The position numbers were made by a program, and so were the translations under genes. Positions 12,223 through 24,064 of a stretch of DNA of 64,000 nt are shown here, piece after piece. Position 1 is the first letter of the stretch, and the number at the start of each line of letters is the position of its first letter. The stretch is from NCBI GenBank assembly GCA_013239625.1, contig MU054220.1, positions 6,855,367-6,919,366 on the forward strand. Direction: 5' to 3'. Under the pieces are notes generated by a model, which saw nothing but the letters and a program-made list of their open reading frames with translations, ran no database searches and was not told the origin of the DNA. Origin of the DNA: Lama guanicoe. Its lineage: Eukaryota.

Positions 12223-15200
12223 CTGATTTCCGTATGTTAATCTTCACTCCTGCTTCCTTCCCAAATTACTTTTTCAGCTCTAGTAGTTTTTGTGTGGAGC
12301 TTTTAGGGTTTTCTGTATATAGTATTATGTCATTTGCATACAGTGACAATTTTACCTCTTCTCTTCCAATTTGGATCTTTTAAATTTCTTTTTCTTACCT
12401 AATTGCTGTGTTGAGCATCTTTTTATGTGTCTGTTAGCCATTTGTGTTTCTTCTTTGGAGAAATATCTATTCAAGTACTCTGCCCTTTTCTTAATTGGAT
12501 TGTTTGTTTTTTGATATTGAGTTCTACAGTTCCTTTGTATATTTTTTATATTTACCCCTTATCAGACATATTGTTTGCAAATATCTTCTCCAATCCAGTT
12601 GGTGGCCTTATTATTTTGTTGATGGTTTCTTTCACTGTGAAAAATCTTTTTTAGTTTGTTGTAGTCCCATTTCTCTAGTTTTGCTTTTATTACCTTTGCC
12701 TGAGGAGACAGATTAAAAAAATATTGCTAAAACTGATATCAAAGAATGTACTGCCTATATCTTCTTCTGGAAGTTTTATGGTTTCAGGTCTTATATTTAA
12801 GTCTTTAATCCATTTCATGTTTATTTGTGTATAAGATGTGAGAAAATCACCTGGTTTCATTATTTTGTGTTTAGTTGTCCAATTTCCCTAACACCATTTA
12901 TTGGAAAGGCTGTCTGTACACCATTGTATATACTTGCCTCCTTTGTCATAGATTAATTGTCCCTATAAGAGTGGGTTTATGTGTGGGCTCTTTATTATGT
13001 TCCATTGATCTATATGTTTGTTTTTGTGCCAGTACCATACTGTTGATTACTGTAGCTTTGTAATATAGTTTGAAATCAGGCAGTGTGATACTTCCAGCTT
13101 TGCTCTTCTTTCTCAAGATTGTCTTGACTATTTGGGATCTTTTGTGGTTCCACACAAATTTTACAGTTATTTTTTCTAGTTCTATGAAAAATATCATTGG
13201 CATTTTCATAAGGAATTGCACTGAATCTGTAGGTTTCATTGGATAGTTTGATTCTTTTAACAATATTAATTCTTCCAGTCCATAATCACTGTATATCTTA
13301 TCATTTACTTGTATCATCTACAATTTTTTTCATCATAGTTTTTAGTGTATAGTTCTTTTACCTTTTTGGTTAAATTTATCCCTAGGTATTTTAATCTTTT
13401 CAATGCATTTGTATATGAATTTTTTTTCTTAATTTCTCTTTCTGATATATTGTTATTAGTATATAGAAATGTGAAAAATTGTGTTTTAATGTTGTATCCT
13501 GAAATTTACTGTATTCATTTATTAGCTCTAGTAGATTTTTTTTTTTTGGAGGGAGGGCTTTGAGGTTTTCTTTATATAGTATCTTTTATAGTATGATTTG
13601 TCATCTGCAAACGGTGATAGTTTTACCTCTTCCTTTCAATCTAGGTTGCTTTTATTTCTTCTTATTTGATTGATATGGCTAGGACTTCCAATATTGTGTT
13701 GAATAAAAATGGGAAGAGTAGACATGCTTGTCTTGTTCCTCATCTTAGAGGAAACGCTTTCAATCTTTCACTGTTGAGTATAATGTTAGATGTGCATTTG
13801 TCACATGTGGCCTTTATTAGAGATATGTTCCCTCAGTACTTATTTTGTTCAGAGTTTTTATTAGAAATGGATACTAAATTTTGTCAAAAGCCTTTTCTAC
13901 CTCTTTTGAGGTGATCATATGATCTTTATCCTTAGTTTTATTAAGGAGGTGTACTATATTGATTGATTTGTGGATATTGAAATTTCCTTGCATCTCTGGA
14001 ATAAAACCCAATTGATCATGGTATATGACCTTTTAGTGTATTACTGAATTTGGTTTCCTAATATTTTGTTGAGGATTTTTGCATATAAGTTCAGCAGGAA
14101 TATTGGCCTGTAATTTTCTTTTTTTGTAGCATCTTTGTCTGGTTTTGGTATGAGGATAATTCTGGCTTTGTAAAATAAGTTTGAAAGTTTTCCCTTCTCT
14201 TCAATTTTTTGAAATAGTTTGAGAAGGGTAGGTCTTCAAATCTTTGGTAGAATTCACCTGTGAAACCATATGGCCCTGAATTTTTTGCTGTTGAGAGTTT
14301 TTTTAATTATGAATTCAATTTCATTATTAGGAATTGAGCTGTTCAGATTTTGTATTTCTTCCTGATTCAGTCTTGGGATATTGTATGTTTCTAGAAATTT
14401 ATCCATTTCTTCTAGGTTGTCCAATTTGTTGATATGTAATTGTTCCTAGTAATCTCTTAATGATCCTTTTATATTTTCTGTCTGGATTTTTTAATTGGAG
14501 CATTTAGTTCATTTAAATTTAAAGTAATTATTGATATGTGTGTACTTATTGCCATTTTGTTAATTGTTTTCTTGTTGTTTTTGCAGTTCTTCTCTGTTTC
14601 CTGCTTCTTCTCTTGCTCTCTTCCCATGTGATTTGATTACTTGCTTTAGTGTTATGTTTATGTTCCTTTCTCTCTAATTTTATCTATTATCAGTTATTGG
14701 TTTGTGGCTTCTAAGAGGTTCTTATGTAAAAACCTATGTATGTAGCGGTCTGATTTAAGTTGATGTTCACTTATGTTTTAGTATGTTCTGAGAGCACCAC
14801 ACTTTTACCCTATCCCACATTTTGTTTTGATGTCATATTTTACATCTTTTTTTTTAGTATCCCTTAACTAATTTTATTAATTTTGTCCTTTAATCTTCAT
14901 ACTAGCTATACAGTTGGTTGATCAACTGCCTGTGCTACATGTTTTCCTTTCCCAGTGAGGTTTTTTTTTTTTACTTTTATGATTTTTACACTTTTAGTAA
15001 TGGCCTTTCATTTTCTGTTTAAAGAAATCCCTTTAACGTTTATTGTAAGGTTAGTTTAGTGGTGATGAACTCTTTTAGCTTTTGCTTGTCTGAGAAATTA
15101 TTTGAATTCTTGTTTGTAAGGCTTTTTTTCCTTTCAGTACTTTGCATATGGTGTGCCACTCCCTTCTGCCCTGTAAAGGTTCTGCTGAAAAGTCAGCTGA

Positions 15201-18200
15201 TGATCCTATGGGGGCTCCCCTATATGTAACATGTTGCTGCTTTTAAGATTCTCTCTTTATCTTTAACTTTTCACATATAATAAAAATGTTTCTTGGTGTA
15301 AGTCTCTTTGGTTTTATCTTGATGCTTTCTGGGCTTTGATGTCTCTTTCCTTTGCCAGGGTAAAGAAGTTTTCAGTGATTACTTCTTCAAATAAAATTTC
15401 TGTCCCTTTATCCTCTCCTTCAATCTCTATAATGTGATTCTCAGTACATTTGATGTTGTTCTAGAGATCCCTTAAACTATCCTCATTTTTTGTTTATTTC
15501 TTTTTTATCATTTTGCTGTTCAGAATGGGTGAATTTCACAAGCCTGTCTTCCAGATTGCTGATCCATTCTTTTGCACCATCTAATCTCTTGTTTGTTCCA
15601 TTTAGTGTATTTTTTAGTTCAGTTATTGTATTCTAAGGATCTGATTGGTTCTTTTTTTTTAATAATTTTTAATTTCTTTATTTGAGTTTCTCTCTGTGTT
15701 CCTTCACTTTTGAATGTTTAGGACTATGACTTTCAATTCTTTATTGGAAAATTTCTGATCTCATTTTCCTTTAGTTTTTTTTTTTTTAGAGGGGGTTTCA
15801 ATTTGTTCTTTTATTTGGAACATATTCCTTTGTTTCCTCATTTTGTGTGACTCTTTTAGCCTGTTTCTATGTACTAATTAGATCAACAACATTTCCTGGT
15901 CTTGAAAGAGTGGCTTTATGTAGAAAGTGTCTCGTGGGTTCCAGTAGTATGGTCCCCTGTGGTTGCAGGAGACTGGTGCCCCAGAAGTGTCCTCTGTGTG
16001 GGCCACACATGACCTCCTGTTATCACTGGATGTTGCAAGCCCACTAGTGTGGGCTCTGTACCCAGAGAAATTTCCAACAGATCCCTGCCCTTGGGCACAC
16101 AACCTAAAATTAATCGATGAATTTCCTCCGTGTATAATCCAGTTGTTTTGCAAACTGCTGCCTCTGTGCAAAGGCCTGTAGAGAGTGAGTTTTTGTGTGT
16201 GTCCATTAAGAGGGGTTTCTCGGTTTCCCACAGCCCCCCAGCTCTCCCAGACATAAGCCCCAGGTTTTCAAAGCCATGCATAGTAGGAGCTCATTCTCCT
16301 GGTGTAGGTCCCCAGGCTGGGGAGCCTGATGTTGGATTTGGAGCCCTTGCTCCTCAGGGAGGTCCTCTGAGCCTGTGATCTCAGCACCAGACATGTGAGT
16401 CCTGGCCAGACCATGTCCTTGCTCCCCCTACCCATCTCAATGTGGCCTTTTAAAATTTTTGGCTGTGGAAAATCTTTTCTGCTGGTCTTCAGGTCATTCT
16501 CAGTGATAGTTTCTCTGAGATAGCTGTGATTTTGTCGTATCCACGAGAAGAGGAAAACCCAGGATCTTCCAACTCTGCCATTTTCTCCCACCCTTCAAGA
16601 AGATTATTTATTTAAAATACATACATACTTAGGGAGACCTTTGTTAACTGATTATTTTTGAAAGGGATGTAAATGTTTGATGTTAGTATATATTTAAACT
16701 AATCCTAGTTCTTTTCCAGCCTTGTAATGTGAGGCAAGCCTTAAATGTACCAATTCTGGTCACTTTCTCTGAAGGTCTTCCTCTAAGTTCCACACCTTGG
16801 AGGAGAAATAATTAACCTCATTATGCACTGATCATTTCTTTCCTGTGTATTTCCTCTGCACAACGGTGTGCAGTCATTTTCGTACCCTCCTGCACCATAG
16901 TTTGCATTTTGTCTCTAGTTTCGTGAATGCCTGAAGGCATAATGATGCCTAACTCACTGAGTTGCTGTGAAGTTGATGTGAAAGAACATATGTGGATCCC
17001 CACCTCCTGGTCCCGTTACAGCTCAGGAGATGGAGAGGAAATTGGATAATTGGGAATAGGGAAAACTTGGGTAACCTGCTTAGCCCAGCATAGGTGAAGG
17101 GGGAACTCCCTGTGAGTCCCCTGTGAGCATTCTGGAATGTTTCTGTGCATACTGGTTTGTATGGGTGGCCACCGGGCTGCATGAGACTCACAGATATGGT
17201 TTCTTTGGTTACCGGAAAGGTTTATTTATTTTTGACATGCTTTGTTTTGTTTATCAAATAACTAGTTGTCAGCATTTCAAGATCAAAAGTTTTCATATAA
17301 AAATCTAAATTTCCTGCTACCCTTGGCTGCAGTCCTATATAGCTGAAGCTGAGTAAGAATAGAACTTTTGTGTTGCCCAGGGATTGGATATCAAACAATT
17401 CTTCTGTAGTTACAGAGGTGAACTTAGAGCCTATGGTCACAGAGCTCTGTAGGTGAGTATTCACAGCAATGGAAACTTGTGGATGCTTCTCGTCAGGTTC
17501 CTTCCATTTTCTTCATAGGAAAGGGAGCCAGGACACCAGCTGAGAGTGAGGACTGAGGGAGGGGGAGTAGGGAGAGGTACGGCACATTTCACTAGCAAAC
17601 ACTCCAATTTCCTCTCCTCCTGAAATAAGCAAAGTCCTACTTCTTGATTTTCTATAACTCATGTAATACTCTTCTCAATACTCTCTCCCAATGGGGGGAA
17701 TGAGATGACAGAGACTTTTCTGAAAACTGCTAGTTAACAGCTCCAGTTTAAACAGTCTCTGGAATGCAACAGATTCAGTCACCTCGCAGGTTAGCTCCCT
17801 GTCAGAGCTGTGTTCTCACCCTCCTCTTCCCACTGACATCTGAGTACATGGGGAAGACGACAGAATTCAAGGGAGCCTCCGTTCTGTGCAGCCTGCCATG
17901 CTTATGCTGGGCTGCCTTGAGGGCTGGCGGATGGGATTGCTGGCTGTGCGAAACTGTACGGCTGAAGAAGACAAGTTATCTTTACTCGGTCCTGGTCTAG
18001 TGAGACTCCACCGTCACCATACCCCACCCTCCATGATTCAACCGCCAGTCAGAACTTGCCTGCTGTGCAGATGTCTTCGAGGAGTTTGGAGGTGACTCCC
18101 ATTCAGTGTCTGGCCTCACCCACCACTGCAGCAAACCACGCTGGGCAGGTTCCCAGCAAGAGCCCTTTCCAGACACAGCTGGACTGTGGGAGCCAAGAAT

Positions 18201-18799
18201 GCTGCCTCAGACTCATCATTCCATCCACCCTCGTCCACTGTGGCCACACTACTGCCCACCCCATGTTGACCCAGAGCCAGGCTAACATTCCAAAAGGAGA
18301 ATGAACAAAAGCTACTTCCGATTTACTTTCTTACAAGGTTATCAGCCTGGAGCAGAGAAGTCAGACACAGGTCTTTCCTACATGCTGTGGGACCAGAAGA
18401 AACAGGCCTGTCACTTTCTTCCGGCAGAGTCTCCCGGAGCAGGGCATCCTCCGTTTCTTATGGGCACCAGCCCTGATGTTCTCGGTCGGCATCGTTGAAG
18501 GATTCTCTGTGCTATATTATTGAAAGAATTAGGTGATCTGAGCCATCTCGGCATAATTCTAAATAACAGAAGCCTTAGATCAACTCTGAACTAGGGATTA
18601 CTAAAGATGAAAATACATTGGTTTAATAGTCCCAAGACATTATCCTCTACAACAACTACTTCTACTTGCTCTGTGTGATTTGGAGCTGAATTAAAAGTAC
18701 TTGACTTTCCACAGCAGTGTATCATTAAAAGGGTGAGTTTTTCAAACCGATGGTTCACTCTATGGTTGGTTTAGTTGTTCACACTTTGTTGTCATCACT

Positions 18800-18827
18800 G
18801 TTTTTGTTTTGTTTTGTTTTGTTTTGC
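18800..18827. repeat. (TTTTG)n simple repeat
   Basis: About 5 units read directly. Confidence 0.85.
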
Positions 18828-19304
18828 TTCAATTCTATACTGAGGTAATTACCTGAAGGCACAATTTTTAAAAAATCAAACCACTAAATATGCTTTACTG
18901 CTACATAAACTGTAAAAAAAAAAAAAGGAAAGAAAGAAAGAAAATACAGCTTTTAAATGGGTGCTTGGCAGTTTTTCACTCTCTATTTCCTTATTTCCTG
19001 CTTTCATTCATTAGTGTTTCCCCCATGCCCCCGGGGCCATTTGAGTTTGAGACTTCCTTCTAAAATTAGCTTCTTTCTTCAAAGACTTCATGGCTCTTGT
19101 ATCAGCATTCTTTTCCCACGTTGTTCTTTTCAAACTCCATCTTTCAGTGCTCTATGTTTGCTTACCTAAGCTAAACAAAAATATGTACATACAGAATAGT
19201 TTATATTTCTTCATTCTGAAATATTTAGTGCAGTGTTCTGAATTACACTAATTTCAAAATGTCATATTGGAGGTTTATAATTTATATGAACGTAAATACT
19301 TTTA

Positions 19305-20015
19305 TGAAAAGTAGAGTATGATTCAGAGAGAAAGCTTTTGAAGTAAAAAATCTCTTAGTTCTGAGAGATTGAATAAACCAAGGTACAATGGCCAAACAAT
19401 GCATGAAATTAGAACTCTGACCCCCAGCCTGGACCAGGAAGCTAAACCCCTCTCTAGGTAGCAGTTGGCCCCAGAAAGTCAGGACTTGATCAATAATTGC
19501 CAACTTCCCTAATTTTTGCCTGCCACTTCCAGTTTAGGACAGAGAAAACCATACATGCTCCCCTCACCAATCACATAGGCTGTCCCACTTCTGCTTAGCC
19601 TGCCTCCAGCCTCCCACACCGATTTCCTCCACTCAGACTACACCCTAAGCCTTCCCTTTTCCCCAGAATTTTTCCCCAATACTAAGCTTCCCTGCTCCCC
19701 TGCCTGCCTTTGAGTCTCTGCCAAATGCAAGTGACGGTGGCCGACCCCCCGGCTTTAGCAACTTCTCAATAAATAGATACTGCGTGTTCTCCTTTGGGTG
19801 GTCTTTATTTATCTCCGCAGTTCAAATCCTATTACTGTCACTTATTACTTATGTTACTTTGTGCATGTTTCTTAACTTCTGTGAGTCTTAGTTTCCTCAT
19901 TCTAAGAGAGAGGTGTTAGTGACACCTACTGCATAGAGTCAAATCACTCAATACATTACATGGGAAACCCTTAAAAACCGTCTGGTATACTCTAAGCCCA
20001 TAATAGTTCTCAGTA
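19305..20015 (+). mobile_element. MIR SINE split by an LTR insertion (pieces about 19305-19361 and 19820-20015)
   Basis: Right piece GTTCAAATCC...TTTCTTAACTTCTGTGAGTCTTAGTTTCCTCATT...ACACCTAC is the MIR core; left piece resembles a degenerate MIR 5' part. Confidence 0.75.
19362..19819 (+). mobile_element. ERV1-class solo LTR (MER90-like)
   Basis: TG...CA termini with a perfect 4-bp TSD GTTC (19358-19361 / 19820-19823). CCAATCA near 19567 and AATAAA near 19768. Subfamily name from memory. Confidence 0.85.
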
Positions 20016-20019
20016 TTTT

Positions 20020-20165
20020 TATTCATTATACTTAGTTATTATTAGACATGAGGAAATAAACTTAGACGATAAAAGACTTGCTTGAAGTCCACAGAATGGA
20101 AGTGTCTGAGCTGGGTGCAAACTGTGCTGGGTTCAAGTCTAGTGGGCTTTTTCTTCTACCCCAAG
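20020..20165 (-). mobile_element. MIR SINE fragment
   Basis: TTAGACATGAGGAAATAAACTTAGA...GACTTGCTTGAAGTCCACAG. Confidence 0.65.
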
Positions 20166-20669
20166 CAACCTCTCCTTTGCGTGCAGAGCACAATCTGGAA
20201 ATGTTTTCTAAATGAATGCATGAAAGAATAAGTAGATGAGTGAGTAGACTAAATTGTCACAGAAGAGGCAAATGCAAGTATGGGTAAGGGGAGGAATGCT
20301 TCAGTCAACCAAACAAACCAAATTGCGTTAAATCTTACCAGGAGGTAAAATGATTTCAGAGCTGGAAGGTGTATTAGAGATCATTTGGTCCTATGGTTTT
20401 CAAAGTTTTCAAACTCTACAATAATAAAGATTCAGAAAGGAGAAGCTTTCTCTGTAATATCTAAATAGCAACAAAATCAAACTAAACTCTAATCATAAGT
20501 CATTTTTGGTTTTAAATGAAAGATTGAGAAAAATTTTCAATTCTTTCTTGAACTTGATTTTTTCTGTAAATATTGTTGGTTAAACATCTACCACATCAGC
20601 TATAATTTTCAGGAAATGGGTAAATCATGACCAAAATAAAAAGCCACTGAAATGCTTGAATGATACTCA

Positions 20670-21750
20670 TGTATTTCAGTTTGGATTCCTTCAATAGCAG
20701 ACCCTGGGACAAGGATTTGTGTAGTTTATTTGAGAGACAATCCCAAGGAACACTCGAAGTAGTGGGAAGTGAAGGAGGAAAGAGGGTAGAGTCAGTGAAA
20801 TGTGTGTTGATAACCGTATTACTGTGATGGGCACCTGGGGCTCAGTTAACCTGGAGACACCCTGAGAGACAGTGAGGAGTAGTCTACAGGGTTATTTGTG
20901 GGTTCATCACCAGTTGTGGGTTCTGGCCAGCAGAAGTCCCACCAAGACAGAATGGATTACTCAAGACTCTGTGGAAAAGTCAAGAGAGTGAGAAGGAGTT
21001 GGGAGCCAACACCCCAGCCTCTCAGATCTCCCGTATTTATTGAGTACAGTCAAAGGAGGAATGCAGGAATTTAGGGAAGGAAAGGGTGCGATCACAATGA
21101 GTACAAAGGCTTTGTTTATTGTTGGTGTTTGGCTCAAGGTCAGAAGACCCTTTTGTTGAATCATGTTCATGTTGAGCCTTTCAGCTTATCAGGGCAGAAT
21201 TTAGGAGAATCAGCTGCTTAACAGCTTGGACTCAGGTGGCTGTGCCTGTCTTAGTTTACCCCCCTCAGGGGGGTCTTACCTGTCATTGGCTGACCAGCCT
21301 TCTCACCTCTGAGTCTGCAGCTTTTTATAAGTTGTTTACCATTCCAGCCGAAGGCTGTTTTGGGGATAGAAGACTAACAGCAGGCACACCCAGCGTTTAT
21401 AGCCGGGGGCCTGGGTCATTGCTAAAACCTCAGGGCAGTTACTAAGCACATCTTTTTTAAGAAGGTAAGGAGCTGGGATCTGTTACAATTTGTTAACCCA
21501 ATCATGGACTCCCACAGTTGTTCCCATGAGATATGGGGATGCTGAGAATTCAGGCCCTCCTACGTTGAAGGATGATAACCCCCGTGCACTTCTAGCTTGC
21601 ATCTCTTAGAGACCAGGGGCACTCTGATGACAAGACAGCATGTCCAGTCAGAGAGAGATAAGAAGTGACAGGGAGTCTTGGCAGTTGTCTGCAGGTGACT
21701 TCCGGGGTAACCCAAGGGGCTACATCCTGGGCAGGACAGCGTCTGCTACG
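20670..21750 (-). mobile_element. ERVL solo LTR (LTR16/LTR33 group), split by an ERVK-like LTR
   Basis: GCAGACCCTGGGACAAGGATTTG..TAGTTTATTTG.GAG start motif, GGGCACCTGGGGCTCAGT, and end CAGCGTCTGCTAC. The two halves join across GTTATT/GTTGTT. Confidence 0.8.
20897..21516 (-). mobile_element. ERVK/class II-like solo LTR (620 bp)
   Basis: Inverted termini TGTGGG...CCCACA and 6-bp TSD GTTATT (20891-20896) / GTTGTT (21517-21522). Minus-strand TATAAAA near 21323-21329 and AATAAA at 21036-21041. Confidence 0.85.
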
Positions 21751-21989
21751 CAAGTCTTCACGTGAAAAAACACTGTTGAAGATGTTTGTTTTACCTTTGT
21801 GTCTTTATCAAAATTAGTGACATTATAAAGGAAAGCTATGAACTGTAGTAAAACTAAATATGGAAAATTATTTTAGCTTTCATACATAAATTGTGCATAA
21901 GGAAAGAGATAGAAAGAAATTTAAAAGAAAACAAAAAGCCTGACAGAGAATAGGCAGAGTCATGAAAGCTAACTTGTAAAAGATAGAAT

Positions 21990-22280
21990 GGAAATGGTAC
22001 AAACACTGGGTAGGAGATGTTCACTGTTCATCTAAAAAGTTTGTTAAACAGAGATCGAGATTTCTCACAGAGGCTGCCAGAGGTGCAGTGAGAGGGGATT
22101 CTCATACACCACTGAGGGTTACTGCCTTTTGGAAAGCGATGTTTTTTCACCATGTCAAGGGCTTAAAGTCCTTTATTCCCTTTGATTCAGTTATTCTTCA
22201 GTCTAGGGGAAAACTGGAAGTACATGAAAAAGTGCAGTTTTTCCTGGAAGCATTTGGAACAGTTTAAAATAATAAATAAT
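21990..22280 (+). mobile_element. Ancient L1M ORF2-end fragment
   Basis: GGGGATTCTCATACACCACTG...CCTTTTGGAAAGC...ATTCCCTTTGATTCAGTTATTC. Confidence 0.6.
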
Positions 22281-22414
22281 GTACATAGACAATATTATGC
22301 AGATGGTTAAATATAGATCCATGTGAAATACATTATGCAAGCACTTGGCGCAGTTTTCACTGCATGGTGTGCTAGTCTGATTTGCTTGAAAGAAACAAAT
22401 AAAACCTATGATAT

Positions 22415-22630
22415 AGCGGTGAGGGCTTGATATGTACCACTTAGTATCCTAAACACCTTTATATGTATTAATTTAATCCTCTCAACGGCCCCATGATGTA
22501 CTATTCTTATCATCCCCATTTTCTGGATGAATATACTGGGGCCACGGAGATGTTAAGCACATTGTCCAAGATAACACAGATAGTGAATGGTGGAATTGGT
22601 ATTCAAACCCAGGCAAAGTGTGTGCAAAGC
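22415..22630 (-). mobile_element. MIR SINE
   Basis: ATTTAATCCTCTCAACGGCCCCATGATGTA...ATCCCCATTTTCTGGATGA...GGTATTCAAACCCAGGCA. Confidence 0.88.
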
Positions 22631-22717
22631 TTGTAAGACTCCTGGAAGGCTCCTGGAAGTACAAACTGAACTGGGGATACTGCAAGGTCATGGGTGATAG
22701 GAAGGACTTATAATTAA

Positions 22718-22785
22718 CTCTCTCTCACTTTCTCTCTCTCTCTCTCTCCCTCTCTCTCTCCTTTCTTCCTTTCCTTTCTCCTCTT
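22718..22785. repeat. (CT)n / pyrimidine-rich low-complexity tract
   Basis: Read directly. Confidence 0.85.
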
Positions 22786-22999
22786 TGACCTCTGTGCAGA
22801 ACCATCTCCCCCAGACTGTACCATAAGGTACCAGGGATTTTATGGACAACCCTTGACTGGTGCCCATTCCCAGTTCAGTTCACGGCCACCCCAAATTAAA
22901 GCCAACCTAGAGCTCTCTGAGCTAAGAACTTCCACCTGGAGAAATCATGATCGTTATTAATGATACTACTTACTAATGCTGTTTATTGCTATTAATGAT

Positions 23000-23150
23000 A
23001 ACTATTATAAGATCTCATGTTTACAACACTTTATACACCCATATTCCCTCACTTGATAACTGTAGTAACCTTGTGAAGCATATGGAACAGACATTAAAAT
23101 CCCATCTTTGGGGTGAAAAAAATGAGGGTTAGAGAGACTTGCCATAACAT
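23000..23150 (-). mobile_element. MIR SINE fragment
   Basis: AACCTTGTGAAG...ATCCCATCTTTGGGGTGAAAAAAATGAGGGTTAGAGAGACTTGCC. Confidence 0.65.
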
Positions 23151-23159
23151 ATTTCTTAC

Positions 23160-23310
23160 AAGACGGACCTGGGTTCAAATTGCACGCTTCTACCTACTGG
23201 CTGACTTCGGAGGGATACTGACCCTCTGTAAGTCTCCTTCTGTAAAATGAGAGCATTCATAGTATAAACCCCATTGGTTACTGGGAGAGTCAAACAAGAT
23301 GATGCAGAAA
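23160..23310 (+). mobile_element. MIR SINE fragment
   Basis: GACCTGGGTTCAAAT...CTCCTTCTGTAAAATGAG. Confidence 0.75.
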
Positions 23311-23884
23311 CTCGAGAAACAAAACCATTGTTCTTTGGGGTTTCGTTTGTTTGTTCACACATCTGAAGAGCAGATGCTGTAACCGCTACTACAGGACTAG
23401 TAGATAGTAACTCTCAATGGTCCTTTGCTATTGTTACCATTTTTGAAAGTAGAAAGGAACCATTTGTTTCCTTTTAGTTCTTGAGGCAAACTCAGCTGGT
23501 CCTACAAGAAAGGACTCACTGCCTAGAAGCAAGGAGTGTGTGAGCCCAAAACCTTCAGTTGTTCATTTTTTCAGGCTCTGTCTTGGCTTTTAAGTCCAGG
23601 TCATGCTCTTCTTGGGCCACACTCCAGCCAATGACCAGGCAAATCAATAGTAGCTGACATCAGCTCTTCTCAGAGAAGCCCCCCAAAGGTACCAGTGCAG
23701 GCAGTGATACAAGGGTACAAGGGCTCAGTCATTTCCACCCAAGGTAGGCTTCCTCCGGTGGTACACTATCCACAGCACTTGCTGGACTGAAAGAGATTTT
23801 GTTGGGTCTAACTCTGCATCCTAACTGTGTGTCAGCATGCTTCCGGCTCACTGCTTGATGCATTTGGTAAAGGCTGGGTTCAGG

Positions 23885-24063
23885 CGAAGGCTTCTTGACT
23901 TTGATACCATTGCCATTCTGTGTCGTGGGGTGTGTCATGTGCATTCAGGCATCTTCAGCAGTATCCTTGACCTCAACTACCTAGATACCAGTAGAGCTCC
24001 CTAAGTTGTGACAACCAAAATTGTCTCTGGACATTGCCTAGTGTCCCCAGTTGAGGACCCCTG
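23885..24063. mobile_element. MER20-like hAT-Charlie DNA transposon
   Basis: CAGCAGTATCCTTGACCTC..CTAGATACCAGTAG...GTTGTGACAACCAAAATTGTCTCTGGACATTGCC...CCCCAGTTGAGGACCCCTG. Confidence 0.85.
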
Positions 24064-24064
24064 A

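Larger units (their letters stand above)
10301..12410 (-). mobile_element. 5'-truncated camelid-type L1 (older subfamily) nested in the old L1
   Basis: 3' end TTTATTGAAGTATAGTCAGTT. ORF2 C-terminal peptides [19 protein letters not shown]...[18 protein letters not shown] (10874-11125) and [16 protein letters not shown]...LPKAIYRFN (11845-12222). Degraded TSD TTAATCATCTTT (10289-10300) / TTGAGCATCTTT (12411-12422). Confidence 0.93.
9440..16590 (-). mobile_element. Near full-length old L1 (L1MA9/artiodactyl-age-like), interrupted by a younger L1 at 10301-12410 and internally deleted
   Basis: Poly(T) at about 9439-9452, then 3' UTR (GTTTCAGGTGTACAGTATAGTGATT). ORF2 remnants include 12946-13317 (FFIELEK...[17 protein letters not shown]), KLDNLEEMDKFLETYNIPRLNQEEI near 14355-14430 and ORF2 N-terminus ISIITLNLNELNAPI near 14490-14537. 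ORF1-like region at about 15020-15850 and GC-richer 5' UTR ending CTCTGCCATTTT near 16585. Confidence 0.9.

Noticed and set aside
9958..13317. Active reverse-transcriptase / retroelement-based novel system
   Set aside because: The ORFs are short, stop- and frameshift-broken pieces of ordinary L1 ORF2p from two nested dead copies.
15847..16591. Cluster of overlapping ORFs as a small gene or L1 ORF0-like gene
   Set aside because: ORF density reflects the higher GC of the L1 5' UTR; mostly non-ATG starts and no recognisable protein.
9425..16612. TSD for the near full-length old L1 (TTAAGAGACTCTTG vs TCAAGAAGAATTAT)
   Set aside because: Similarity is too weak to distinguish from chance in AT-rich sequence, so exact ends are left approximate.
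17410..17452. Possible 43-bp exon (TTCTTCTGTAG ... TAG|GTGAGT)
   Set aside because: Short polypyrimidine tract, two of three frames blocked and no partner exon; such site pairs are expected by chance in 64 kb.
17764..18498. GC-richer ORF cluster as coding exons
   Set aside because: Short overlapping ORFs on both strands with no recognisable domain or consistent splice frame.
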